Part shown: positions 1 to 10,985 of the stretch, one piece after another
Layout of the letters: each line of letters starts with the position of its first letter
How positions within the stretch are numbered: position 1 is the first letter of the stretch
Source of the DNA: Candidatus Krumholzibacteriia bacterium
Lineage (GTDB): Bacteria; Krumholzibacteriota; Krumholzibacteriia; JAJRXK01
Direction: 5' to 3'
DNA: 64,000 nt
Assembly (NCBI GenBank): GCA_041484665.1
Contig: JBGPIA010000002.1
Location: 400,511-464,510 of the forward strand
Translations under genes and position numbers: made by a program
Notes under the pieces: model-generated
Seen by the model: only the letters and a program-made list of their open reading frames with translations
Told to the model about the DNA's origin: nothing
Databases searched by the model: none

Positions 1-725
1 GTTCCCGGATCCGCGTCCTCGTCCGCCACGGCGGGCGCGGCGTCGGCGCCGGTGGCCAGCGGCTCGACAGCCGTTGCCGCGGCCGCGCGAGTCGGCGCGT
101 GCTCCGCGTCAGCGGCGGGGGCGTGGATCTTCGCGTGGGCCGCCACCCCGGCAGACTCGGCCGGCTGCTCGTTCGCGGCTTCGGCCGGCGCTCCATTCGT
201 CGCCGGGGGCGACGTTTCGACTTCAGCCTGGGCGGCCGTCTCGTTGACAGCCTGGGCGGGGGCCTCGCCGGCGACCGCGGCCGGCGTCTCGTTGACGGCC
301 TGGGCGGCCGTCTCGTCCCCAGCCTGGGCAGTCGACTCATCCGCTGCCGGCGTCGCCGTCTCGCCGGCCGTCTGCGCCGAATCCAGGGCGGCCGCGTCAT
401 TGCTGACAACGGAAGCCGAGTCCGAAGTCGCCGCGTCCTCGCGGGCGACAGCAGCAGGTTCCTGAGCAGGTGTGTCGTCGCTGGCGACCGGAGCCGATTC
501 CTGCGCCGCTTCCGGCGCGGCCGCTTGTGCCGCCGCGTCTGCGGCGGCGGCCTGCTCGCTCGAAGTTGCCGCGGCAGCCTCCGCCGCCTTCAGCGGCGAG
601 ATGGCCGCGCTGTCCGGAGCAGTGCTCTGCTCCGGCTGGGGCTGCGCCGCGTCATCGGCGGCGCCCGCCGCGCCGGCCACAGCTGCGAACAACAGCAGGC
701 CGGCCAGCATCGTCCTCCACGCCAT
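1..725 (-). CDS. Partial (5' end in window) secreted protein directly downstream of pilO; PilP-like by position. Signal peptide MAWRTMLAGLLLFAAVAGAAGA followed by more than 230 aa of Ala/Glu/Pro/Thr/Gln-rich low-complexity sequence that runs off the window start.
   Basis: Own minus-strand translation; not in the ORF track because there is no in-window stop. ATG at about 723-725 with an AAGGAGGG Shine-Dalgarno motif inside the pilO 3' end, 2 nt after the pilO stop. Signal peptide without Cys. Position (pilM-N-O-P order) suggests PilP, or the N-terminus of a secretin with a long linker. Confidence 0.4.
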   Translation of the reverse strand, partial: MAWRTMLAGLLLFAAVAGAAGAADDAAQPQPEQSTAPDSAAISPLKAAEAAAATSSEQAAAADAAAQAAAPEAAQESAPVASDDTPAQEPAAVAREDAATSDSASVVSNDAAALDSAQTAGETATPAADESTAQAGDETAAQAVNETPAAVAGEAPAQAVNETAAQAEVETSPPATNGAPAEAANEQPAESAGVAAHAKIHAPAADAEHAPTRAAAATAVEPLATGADAAPAVADEDADPG

Positions 726-726
726 C

Positions 727-1446
727 CTACTTCCCTCCTTCGAGCTTGGCCTGGTTCTTCGACCGGGCCGTGTCCAGCTTCTCCTTCACGCTGTCGGTGA
801 TGCGTCCCAGGCGCTTGGACGTGCTATCCAGCTCCTTCTTGGACGCATCGCCCGTCACCGCGGCCGGTTGGTCGGGCACGGTGTAGGCGACGATGCGCAT
901 GGAGGCCTCGACGGTGTGGTGGACGTCCTTGCCGCCCTGTTTCTCGGGCTTGACACTCTCCAGCTTCATGTCGCGGACGTTCACGATGCGGTTGAGATTG
1001 GCGATCTGGCCGAGGAACGTGCCCACCTGGTGGTAGCCCCCCTCCACCTCGATGAAGATGGGGTTCTCCGTGTAGAAGTCGCGCACCAGCGGGGACTCGG
1101 GCTGGAACTTCACCCACTCCAGGCCCGACTGCTGCCCGGCGGCGGAGATCGTCCGCAGCAGATCGCTCATCTCGTTCTCGGTGGGCAGCAGCGACTGGGC
1201 GACCATCCACTGGCGGTGGAGGTAGTCGTACTCGCGCTCCAGCTTCGGGAGGTTACCGACGGTGAGCCGGGCGCGCTCGAGGTCGCGCGAGACGGCCTCG
1301 TAGTCCTTCTGCAGATCCTCGATCGCGTGCTTGCGGGGCTGGTAAGTGAAGCCCAGGAGGTTGCTCCCGAAGTATACGTACAGCACCAGCGCACCCAGCA
1401 CCGTGGTGAAGAGGATCCGTTGCAACTTGGGGTTCTGCAGGTCCAT
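727..1446 (-). CDS. pilO: Type IV pilus inner-membrane assembly protein PilO
   Basis: 239 aa; N-terminal transmembrane segment (ILFTTVLGALVLYVYF), coiled-coil, then C-terminal domain; follows pilM/pilN in the same orientation. Confidence 0.8.
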   Translation of the reverse strand: MDLQNPKLQRILFTTVLGALVLYVYFGSNLLGFTYQPRKHAIEDLQKDYEAVSRDLERARLTVGNLPKLEREYDYLHRQWMVAQSLLPTENEMSDLLRTISAAGQQSGLEWVKFQPESPLVRDFYTENPIFIEVEGGYHQVGTFLGQIANLNRIVNVRDMKLESVKPEKQGGKDVHHTVEASMRIVAYTVPDQPAAVTGDASKKELDSTSKRLGRITDSVKEKLDTARSKNQAKLEGGK

Positions 1447-1479
1447 GTCGTTGTGCCCTTCCGGATCCGGCCCCCGCCG

Positions 1480-2058
1480 CTAGTTGCCGGCGGCGACTTC
1501 CACCGCCGTGTTGCCCACGTGCGCCGTGGCGCTGAACTTGATGACCCGGACGTCCTTGATGAAGCCTCGCTCCAGGACGTCGAGGTCGACGCTCTTGTAG
1601 CTCTCGCTCTGGGCCAGGTCGCGCATGAAGTCGGCGACCGTGAAGTTGCTGAAGGTGATCCCCTCGATCTTGATCGTGTTGGGGCCCTTCTCCTCCAAGA
1701 GGGTGAGCCAGGTGTTGTCGGGGAACTTGCGCGCCATCTCGCTGAGCAGGTGGACGCGGTAGTAGCGGTCCTTGTCCAAGGTCGTAATGGCGTCGAGCCG
1801 GCGGTCGACCTGCTCGCGCTCGGCGGTGAGCTGGCGGATGCGGGCGATCTGCGGAGCCAGCTTCTGTGTCTCCTCCTTCGCCGCGGCCAGGTCGTTCTGG
1901 AGCCGTTGGTAGGTGCGCAGCTGTTGGAAGTACATCACCCCACAGACGGCCACCACGGCCATCGCCACGAACATCGGCACGAACGCGCCGATGGCCGGCA
2001 CCTGGAGCTGTCGGCCCTTGGGGGCCTCTTCCTTGGCGAGCAGGTTGACGCGGATCAT
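1480..2058 (-). CDS. pilN: Type IV pilus assembly protein PilN
   Basis: Start taken at the internal MIRVNLL (typical PilN N-terminus), which overlaps the pilM stop by about 4 nt (ATGA-type coupling). Single transmembrane segment AFVPMFVAMAVVAVCGVMYF; the ORF-track N-terminal extension is rejected. Confidence 0.8.
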   Translation of the reverse strand: MIRVNLLAKEEAPKGRQLQVPAIGAFVPMFVAMAVVAVCGVMYFQQLRTYQRLQNDLAAAKEETQKLAPQIARIRQLTAEREQVDRRLDAITTLDKDRYYRVHLLSEMARKFPDNTWLTLLEEKGPNTIKIEGITFSNFTVADFMRDLAQSESYKSVDLDVLERGFIKDVRVIKFSATAHVGNTAVEVAAGN

Positions 2059-3122
2059 TGCTTGTCCCCCCTCGCCCGCAGCGCCAGACCGCACGAGACC
2101 GCCAGCAAAGGACTCAAGCGGTCCACGTTCTGGTTGGCGAACACCTCGGGGTCGTACTGCATCCCGGACAGCGGGTGCCCCACCTCGACCTCGAAGCCCT
2201 CGCGCTCGGCCAGGGCCGACTTGAGGCCCGGGAAGCGCGCTCCGCCGCCCGACAGCACGATGCGATCGATCGCCTCGGCGTCACCGGACGTGCGCAGGTA
2301 GCTGAGGCTGCGGTCGATCCCGGTGGAGAGGTCCTGGGCGACGACCTTGACGATCTGCAGCAGCCGCTCGGGTCCCTGGATCTGGTCCGACTCCGGGTTG
2401 GCCACGATCTGCCGTGCCTCATCGAAGCCGACACCGAACTCCTTCTGGCACTCCTCGACGAGCTTGTTGGTACCCACGTTCAGGTCGCGCGTGAAGTACG
2501 GGATGCCCGACTGCACGACGCACAGACTGGTGACGTCGGCGCCGATGTTGAGCAGCCCGACGACCTCTTCGCTCGTGCCGCCGTGGACGTTCTCCCAAGC
2601 GTTTTGCACCGCGAACGCGTCGACGTCGATCACCACCGGCTGCAGGTCCGCCTCGCGGATCAGCTCGGCGTGGCCGTGGATCGTCTCCTTCTTGGCGGCC
2701 ACCAGCAGGATCTCCATCTGGTTGGCTCCCACGTCATCCTTGAGGATCTGGAAATCCAGACAGATGTCGTCGATGTCGAAGGGCACGTGCTGCTCGGCCT
2801 CCCAGAAGATCGCTTCCTCCGCGTCCGCCGCGGCCATCTTGTCCATGATGATCTTCTTGACGATAACCGAGCGCCCGCCGACCGCGCTCACGACCTGCTT
2901 GTCCTGGATGCGGGCACGGTCGAGACATTCGCGGATGGCCTCGACGACCATCTGGCGGTCCATGATCTCGCCCTCCACAATCGCCTCGGGGAGCAGCTCG
3001 ACCATGGCAAAGTTGGTGATGACGGGGGTACCCCCCGAGTGATCGACGCGCAGGCACTTGATGATGTTGGAGCCGATGTCCAGCGCCACCGTCGCCTTGC
3101 TGCGCTTCCTCATGGACCACAT
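2055..3122 (-). CDS. pilM: Type IV pilus assembly ATPase-fold protein PilM (actin-like)
   Basis: ATVALDIGSNIIKCL actin/FtsA-like phosphate-1 motif; 355-375 aa; immediately precedes pilN. Start is ambiguous between MWSMRKRSK and MRKRSK. Confidence 0.85.
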   Translation of the reverse strand: MWSMRKRSKATVALDIGSNIIKCLRVDHSGGTPVITNFAMVELLPEAIVEGEIMDRQMVVEAIRECLDRARIQDKQVVSAVGGRSVIVKKIIMDKMAAADAEEAIFWEAEQHVPFDIDDICLDFQILKDDVGANQMEILLVAAKKETIHGHAELIREADLQPVVIDVDAFAVQNAWENVHGGTSEEVVGLLNIGADVTSLCVVQSGIPYFTRDLNVGTNKLVEECQKEFGVGFDEARQIVANPESDQIQGPERLLQIVKVVAQDLSTGIDRSLSYLRTSGDAEAIDRIVLSGGGARFPGLKSALAEREGFEVEVGHPLSGMQYDPEVFANQNVDRLSPLLAVSCGLALRARGDKQ

Positions 3123-3260
3123 GCCGGGTTGCAGACCTCCGGTTGCCAGGAACGACTTGCGGCGCCGGATCGGGTCGCTCAAGCCGCGCCTGGGACGCGT
3201 CGGGATCGTCGGGTCGAGGGAGCCCGCGTTGGTTGCGCGAGATTCCCAAGGCGCCGGGAG

Positions 3261-3276
3261 GCAAGCCCTATGCCAA
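3261..3276 (-). promoter_or_regulatory. Candidate sigma-54 (-24/-12) promoter upstream of pilMNOP: minus strand reads TGGCAT-agggc-TTGCC
   Basis: Reverse complement of plus 3261-3276 gives TGGCAT N5 TTGC (consensus TGGCAC-N5-TTGCW), about 130 nt upstream of the pilM start. A second partial copy (TGGCATAGGGC) lies about 23 nt further upstream. A PilR-type sigma-54 activator is encoded in the same cluster. Confidence 0.4.
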
Positions 3277-3473
3277 AGGTCCGCGGCGCCCTATGCCATA
3301 ACAGCCTGTCGTTGAACCAGTTGCAGCTTGGAGGCCCCACGGGCCCCAGCGCGCGGGCGCCCGGTCGGCCGTCCTGCGAGAAACATTGCAGCCTGCACGG
3401 AGCAAAGCGCCGTCAGAGGGCGAGCGCGGGAAGCAGCGGAAACGTCCGGAGTGGGGAGTTTGACCAGACCGGT

Positions 3474-4268
3474 CTAGCGCGCCAACCCGGCCGCCGCCGC
3501 GTACCAGCGCACGAGCTCGCGTCCGAGGAAGACCACGACGAACGCGGCCACCGACAGGAAGGTGCCGAAGGCCACCTTGGCCTGGCCGCCCCGGCGCAGC
3601 ACCGCCGTCCCGTAGATGGCGCCCAGCAGCGCGCCCAGGAAGATCGTCAGCAGCGCGCCGGTGGCGCCCAGGAACGCGCCCACCGCGCCCATGAGCTTCA
3701 CGTCGCCGCCGCCCATCGCCTCGACCTTGCGCGCCTTCTCCCACACGAGCCCCACCACCAGCAGCAGCCCGCCTCCGACCACAGCGCCCAGCAACGCGCG
3801 CCAGAGCCCTGGCCCGCACAGCGGTGCCAGCAGCAGCCCGACGGCCAGCAGGCCGAGGCTGAGCGGATCGGGGATGATCATGTGCTCCCAGTCAATGAGC
3901 GCGATGGCGGTAAGGCAGCAGAGCAGCGTGAAGGCCGACGCTGCGTGCGCGGTGGCGCCAAAGCGCAGCACGCACAAGACGGCCAGCGCGGCCGTGAAGG
4001 CCTCCACCAGAGGATAGCGCAAGGAGATCGGCGCACGGCAGCGGCGGCACCGCCCGCGCAGCAGGAGCCACGACACCACGGGCAGGTTGTCCCATGGCGC
4101 GATGCGCGCCTGGCAGGAGGGACAGCGGCTGGGCGGCGTCACCACCGACTGGCGGCGGGGCAGCCGGAAGACAACGACGTTGAGAAAGCTGCCGATGCAC
4201 GCCCCGAAGCAGGCCGCCCACGCCGCCATCAGCCACGGGTGGGACGGCAGCGAATCAAGTCCCGGCAT
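3474..4268 (-). CDS. pilD: Prepilin peptidase PilD (A24 family; leader peptidase/N-methyltransferase)
   Basis: Start at MPGLDSLPSHPWLMAAW…GSFLNVVVFRLP (characteristic PilD N-terminus), Cys-rich CPSCQ…RCRRC zinc-binding box, multiple transmembrane segments, GGGDVKLMGAVGAFLG active-site region. Confidence 0.85.
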   Translation of the reverse strand: MPGLDSLPSHPWLMAAWAACFGACIGSFLNVVVFRLPRRQSVVTPPSRCPSCQARIAPWDNLPVVSWLLLRGRCRRCRAPISLRYPLVEAFTAALAVLCVLRFGATAHAASAFTLLCCLTAIALIDWEHMIIPDPLSLGLLAVGLLLAPLCGPGLWRALLGAVVGGGLLLVVGLVWEKARKVEAMGGGDVKLMGAVGAFLGATGALLTIFLGALLGAIYGTAVLRRGGQAKVAFGTFLSVAAFVVVFLGRELVRWYAAAAGLAR

Positions 4269-5001
4269 CGCGAGTCGTCCTCGTGATGGCGCGCTTGCGC
4301 TTGGCCCACTCCGGCACGGGCGCGTCTCCACGGATGGTCGCCTGCAGCTGCGCCACGTAGTCGAGGGCTCGCTGCCGCAGGCTCTCGTTCTGGGTCGTCT
4401 CCGCGATCGCCTGCCAGAGCAAGAGGCTCACCTGCAGATCGCCAGCGCGGCCGGCTACGAACGCGGCGAAGCGCCTGGGGAAGTCCGGCGCACCGGGCAC
4501 CTGGGCCGCGCGCTCGAACCACACGCAGGCCGCCGCGTCGTCCATGCGCACGACGTACTCCACGAACCCGGCTTCGAAGGGCAGCCACCAGCTGCGCGGG
4601 TTGCGCGACATGCCCTCCTGCAAGAGCGCGATCGCTTGGTCGGGGCGCTGCATGTCCTCGGCCAGCACCATGCCGGCGAAGCGGTACGCCTCCTCGAAGT
4701 GGGGATCGAGTGCGATCACGCAGTCCACCATGTGGCGGAAGAACTCGAGGCCGTGCTGCCGCAGGCGCCACTCGCCGTAGTACTGCATGGTCTGGAACCA
4801 CAACACGTCGGCGACGACGTCGTCGTATCCGATCGAGACGTGTTTCAGGAACTCGGGGCTGGGCAGACTGATGGCCCCCTGCACGCGCCCCTTGGGCTTG
4901 GCGTCCGCCGCCACCCGCCCAGCGAGCATCGCCGAGCCGGCCAGAACGCCCAGCGCGAGCAGTCGAGCGGACAGCCGGCGAAGTTCCGCCCCGCGGCTCA
5001 C
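4255..5001 (-). CDS. Secreted/periplasmic accessory protein of the pilus-embedded ABC transporter (PilG-like role); helical repeat-like
   Basis: GTG start overlapping the permease stop (GTGA); signal peptide MSRGAELRRLSARLLALGVLAGSAMLAGRVAADA; about 248 aa. Third gene of a translationally coupled ATPase-permease-periplasmic trio located between pilA and pilD, as PilGHI is in Myxococcus. Confidence 0.45.
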   Translation of the reverse strand: MSRGAELRRLSARLLALGVLAGSAMLAGRVAADAKPKGRVQGAISLPSPEFLKHVSIGYDDVVADVLWFQTMQYYGEWRLRQHGLEFFRHMVDCVIALDPHFEEAYRFAGMVLAEDMQRPDQAIALLQEGMSRNPRSWWLPFEAGFVEYVVRMDDAAACVWFERAAQVPGAPDFPRRFAAFVAGRAGDLQVSLLLWQAIAETTQNESLRQRALDYVAQLQATIRGDAPVPEWAKRKRAITRTTRDAGT

Positions 5002-5762
5002 CGGAACTCCCTGCGCCGGAACAGGATCGCCGCCAGCCCGAGCAGCGAGGCCGAGTAGAGCGCCCCGTACAGCAGGCTCCACAGGACGTGGAGCGCCTCC
5101 ACCGGGAGTCCGTGGACGGCCGCGTTGCGGATATTGAACAACTCCAGGTCGGGCAGCAACCGGCGCAGGACCAGCGCCCCGCGCTCCACGCCACCGTTGC
5201 CCGTCGCGCCGGCGAAGGTCTCCAGGTCGCGCAGCGTGTGCCCGGCGATGAACACGCCCAGGGTAAACAGGCTGGTGAGCAGGGACCCGGTGAAGCTGCT
5301 GAAGAACATGGCGACGGAAGTCACCACGACCATCTCGGCCATGGAGAGCAGGATCGAGACGAGGAAGGCGGACCGAAACGGCGTGCGCGTGAGGAGCACG
5401 GCCACCAGGAAAAGCGCCGTCATGGCACCCATCATCACGGCGATCGTCCAGAGCAGCCCCAGCGACTTCCCGATCAGGAACTCCAGGCGGGAGATCGGCT
5501 TGCTCAGGATGGTCGTGATCGTGCGCTTGTCGATCTCCTTGTGCACCATTCCGCTGCCCACCAGCAGGATGACGATGAGCGAGAACGCCGTCATCGCCCC
5601 CAGGCCGATGTCGGCGACGATCTTGGTCTGCGCCCCGATGGTGAGTGGGCTCATGACGACCGTGCTGAGCAGCAGCACCAGCCCGAACACGCCCACCAGG
5701 CTGAAGACCTTGTCGCGAACCGCTTCGCGGAACGTGCTGCGCGCGATGACCAGAATGCTCAA
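4998..5762 (-). CDS. ABC-2 type transporter permease (PilI-like)
   Basis: TTG start overlapping the ATPase stop (TTGA); MSILVIARSTFREAVRDKVF… with six predicted transmembrane segments. The ORF-track 116-aa N-terminal extension is rejected. Confidence 0.7.
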   Translation of the reverse strand: MSILVIARSTFREAVRDKVFSLVGVFGLVLLLSTVVMSPLTIGAQTKIVADIGLGAMTAFSLIVILLVGSGMVHKEIDKRTITTILSKPISRLEFLIGKSLGLLWTIAVMMGAMTALFLVAVLLTRTPFRSAFLVSILLSMAEMVVVTSVAMFFSSFTGSLLTSLFTLGVFIAGHTLRDLETFAGATGNGGVERGALVLRRLLPDLELFNIRNAAVHGLPVEALHVLWSLLYGALYSASLLGLAAILFRRREFR

Positions 5763-6814
5763 GAGATCACCTTTTCCTGCCGGCCGGCGTTGCGGACTTC
5801 CTGCTCGGGTCGGGCGGTGCCCACCCGTGGCGTGATGGCCGGCGCGGTGGGGCCCGTCACCGGTCGCGCCGGGGCGGGGCTCTGGCTGGCGCGCGCCGCG
5901 GCGTAGGCCTCCGCCAGGAAGATCTCCTCGAGGGTCTGACGCTGCGGGACGACGCCCAACAGCTGGCCACCTCCGGTACGGACCGCGGCGAGGACCAGGG
6001 AGAGCTGCGTCTCCTCCTCGAGCTCGATGCGCACCACGTAGCCGTCGCGGTACACGGTGAACCCGCGCGCAGCCAGCGCGGCCATGGCGTCCCCCTGCAG
6101 GCCGCGGCACTGGACCTCCAGCTTGCGCGCCGCGGCGGGCAGCTCCTGCAGGCGAACGATGCGCCGCAGATTGCCGCCGCTGAGGATCGCAGCGCGATCG
6201 GCGATGGCCTCCACGTCGTAGAGGATGTGGCTGCTCATGAACAGAGTCTTTCCGCGCTGCTTGAGCTCGCCCAGGATGGTGCGGATCTGATGGCGGCCCA
6301 CGGGGTCGAGGCCGCTCATGGGCTCGTCGAGGATCAGCAGGTCGGGATCGTTGATCAAGGCCTGCGCCAGGCCGATGCGCTGCAGCATCCCCTTGGAGTA
6401 GGTGCGCAGTCGCTGGCCGGCAGCGTCGGTCATCCCCACCAGCGCGAGCACCTCGTCCATGCGCGCGCCCACCTGGGGCCGGGGCAGCCGGTGCAGGTCG
6501 GCCGCGAGCTGCAGCAGCTCGCGCCCGGACAGATGGTCGTAGAAGTACGGGTTCTCGGGCAGGTAGCCCACGCGGCGCAGCGCAGCGCGGTTGCCCGCCG
6601 GCGCGCCAAACATGCGGACCTCACCGGAATCGATACGCACCAGACCCAGCAGCGCCTTGATCGTGGTGCTTTTTCCGGCGCCGTTGTGCCCCAGGCAGGC
6701 GAAGGTCTCACCGGCCTCGACCTCGAAGTTGATCCCGTCGAGGGCGACCTTGCGGCGCATGGCGAAGCCGCTGCGGTAGCTCTTGCAGACGTCGTGTAGG
6801 GCGCAGACGACCAA
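5759..6814 (-). CDS. ABC transporter ATP-binding protein (PilH-like)
   Basis: Walker A GHNGAGKST, ABC signature YSKGMLQRIGLA, Walker B LLILDEPMSGLD, H-loop SSHIL. TTG start after a GGAGGGGG Shine-Dalgarno motif, giving MVVCALHDVCKSY…. Confidence 0.8.
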   Translation of the reverse strand: MVVCALHDVCKSYRSGFAMRRKVALDGINFEVEAGETFACLGHNGAGKSTTIKALLGLVRIDSGEVRMFGAPAGNRAALRRVGYLPENPYFYDHLSGRELLQLAADLHRLPRPQVGARMDEVLALVGMTDAAGQRLRTYSKGMLQRIGLAQALINDPDLLILDEPMSGLDPVGRHQIRTILGELKQRGKTLFMSSHILYDVEAIADRAAILSGGNLRRIVRLQELPAAARKLEVQCRGLQGDAMAALAARGFTVYRDGYVVRIELEEETQLSLVLAAVRTGGGQLLGVVPQRQTLEEIFLAEAYAAARASQSPAPARPVTGPTAPAITPRVGTARPEQEVRNAGRQEKVIS

Positions 6815-7052
6815 GGCCCCCCCTCCTGGCTGGATTCCAGCCACCACTGCGCGCGGGCCGACGGCGATTGCTGCAGTTCTGGAGATCCGCGCGGGCGCGC
6901 CGGGGAAGCTGCAGAATCGGTGCCAGCGCAGTCGCCGGCGGTTGCGGCGACCAAGGCCGGGTTGCCCGCTCCCTGTGGGCAAACGCAGGGGCCGCGCGGA
7001 CGTCCCGCGCGGCCCCCATCTCCGCTCGAATCGGCGGATGCTCAGGCGGCGA

Positions 7053-7463
7053 TTACTGGCCGCTGGTCAGCGTGATCACGAGCGCGGTCTTGCCGAAACC
7101 CGTGATGGTGTAGCCGACGTTGACACCGTTCTGCTGGATCGGCACGTAGCCGCTCTCCCCGGGGTTTCCGGCAGCAGCGTCGACGGGCTCGGTCGCAGCC
7201 TTGGTGAAGGGGTTGGTCAGCAGCACCTGGCCCGGCAGCGCAGGCGTGAAGCCTGCGACGTTGGCCGAGTAGACGCCGTCGTTGGTCACGCTGAAGTCTT
7301 CAGCCGCCAGCTGGGCGGTATGGCAGTTGGACTTCACCGACGCCTCCTTGGCGCGGTCCTGCATGCTGATGAAGTTCGGGATCGCGATGGCGGCGAGAAT
7401 GCCGATGATCACGACGACGATCATGAGCTCGATCAGCGTGAAACCCTTGGTGTTCCTCAACAC
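7053..7463 (-). CDS. pilA: Type IVa major pilin PilA
   Basis: GTG start after a GAGGAGG Shine-Dalgarno motif gives the prepilin leader MLRNTKG|FTLIELMIVVVIIGILAAIAIPNF (class III signal, Glu5). Mature protein about 130 aa with a single Cys. ORF-track extension 7464-7715 rejected. Confidence 0.85.
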   Translation of the reverse strand: MLRNTKGFTLIELMIVVVIIGILAAIAIPNFISMQDRAKEASVKSNCHTAQLAAEDFSVTNDGVYSANVAGFTPALPGQVLLTNPFTKAATEPVDAAAGNPGESGYVPIQQNGVNVGYTITGFGKTALVITLTSGQ

Positions 7464-7548
7464 GATGATGGCCTCCTCGTTTGAACCAGACCGACTCCGC
7501 GGGTGCAGGGCCGGAGGTCGTGGGTGACTTGCGGTGGTGAGCGGGAGA

Positions 7549-7564
7549 GCAGGGGCCGTGCCAG
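7549..7564 (-). promoter_or_regulatory. Candidate sigma-54 promoter for pilA: minus strand reads TGGCAC-ggccc-CTGCT
   Basis: Perfect -24 TGGCAC, N5, then GC at -12/-13, about 85 nt upstream of the pilA GTG start. Sits in the 270-nt pilR-pilA gap. The Myxococcus pilA promoter is known to be sigma-54/PilR dependent. Confidence 0.45.
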
Positions 7565-7734
7565 GGGGGATCGTTTTTCCCACTACCAGGATCTGATTGT
7601 CTGACAGGCGTTTAGGAGCGCGAACCGGCGCAGGGCGCCCCACGGGGGGTGGCCGCAGGCTAGCCGGCGTTGCAGGGTGCGCGGCGAAACGCTCATTCTG
7701 CTGCGCCGTCCCCACCTCCCCACGCCCGCACCGA

Positions 7735-9174
<1,440 letters not shown>

Positions 9175-9197
9175 CGTGGTCGGTCCTTTCCCGGCTG

Positions 9198-10901
<1,704 letters not shown>

Positions 10902-10985
10902 CGTCACGTTGCGGTTCCCCCCAGAGCGGCGGGCGCGGCGCAAAGCACCGGCACCGGTCGCGCCGTCCTCGTCGTGGTGCCGGGC

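Noticed and set aside
4229-5194. 321-aa minus-strand ORF overlapping the permease and periplasmic-protein genes
   Set aside because: It is an alternative frame of two motif-supported genes, and its Arg/Gly-rich translation has no features.
7464-7715. 84-codon N-terminal extension of the pilA ORF (MGTAQQNERF…)
   Set aside because: There is no signal peptide logic for it. A strong Shine-Dalgarno motif and a canonical prepilin leader begin at the internal GTG, and the extension would destroy the class III signal.
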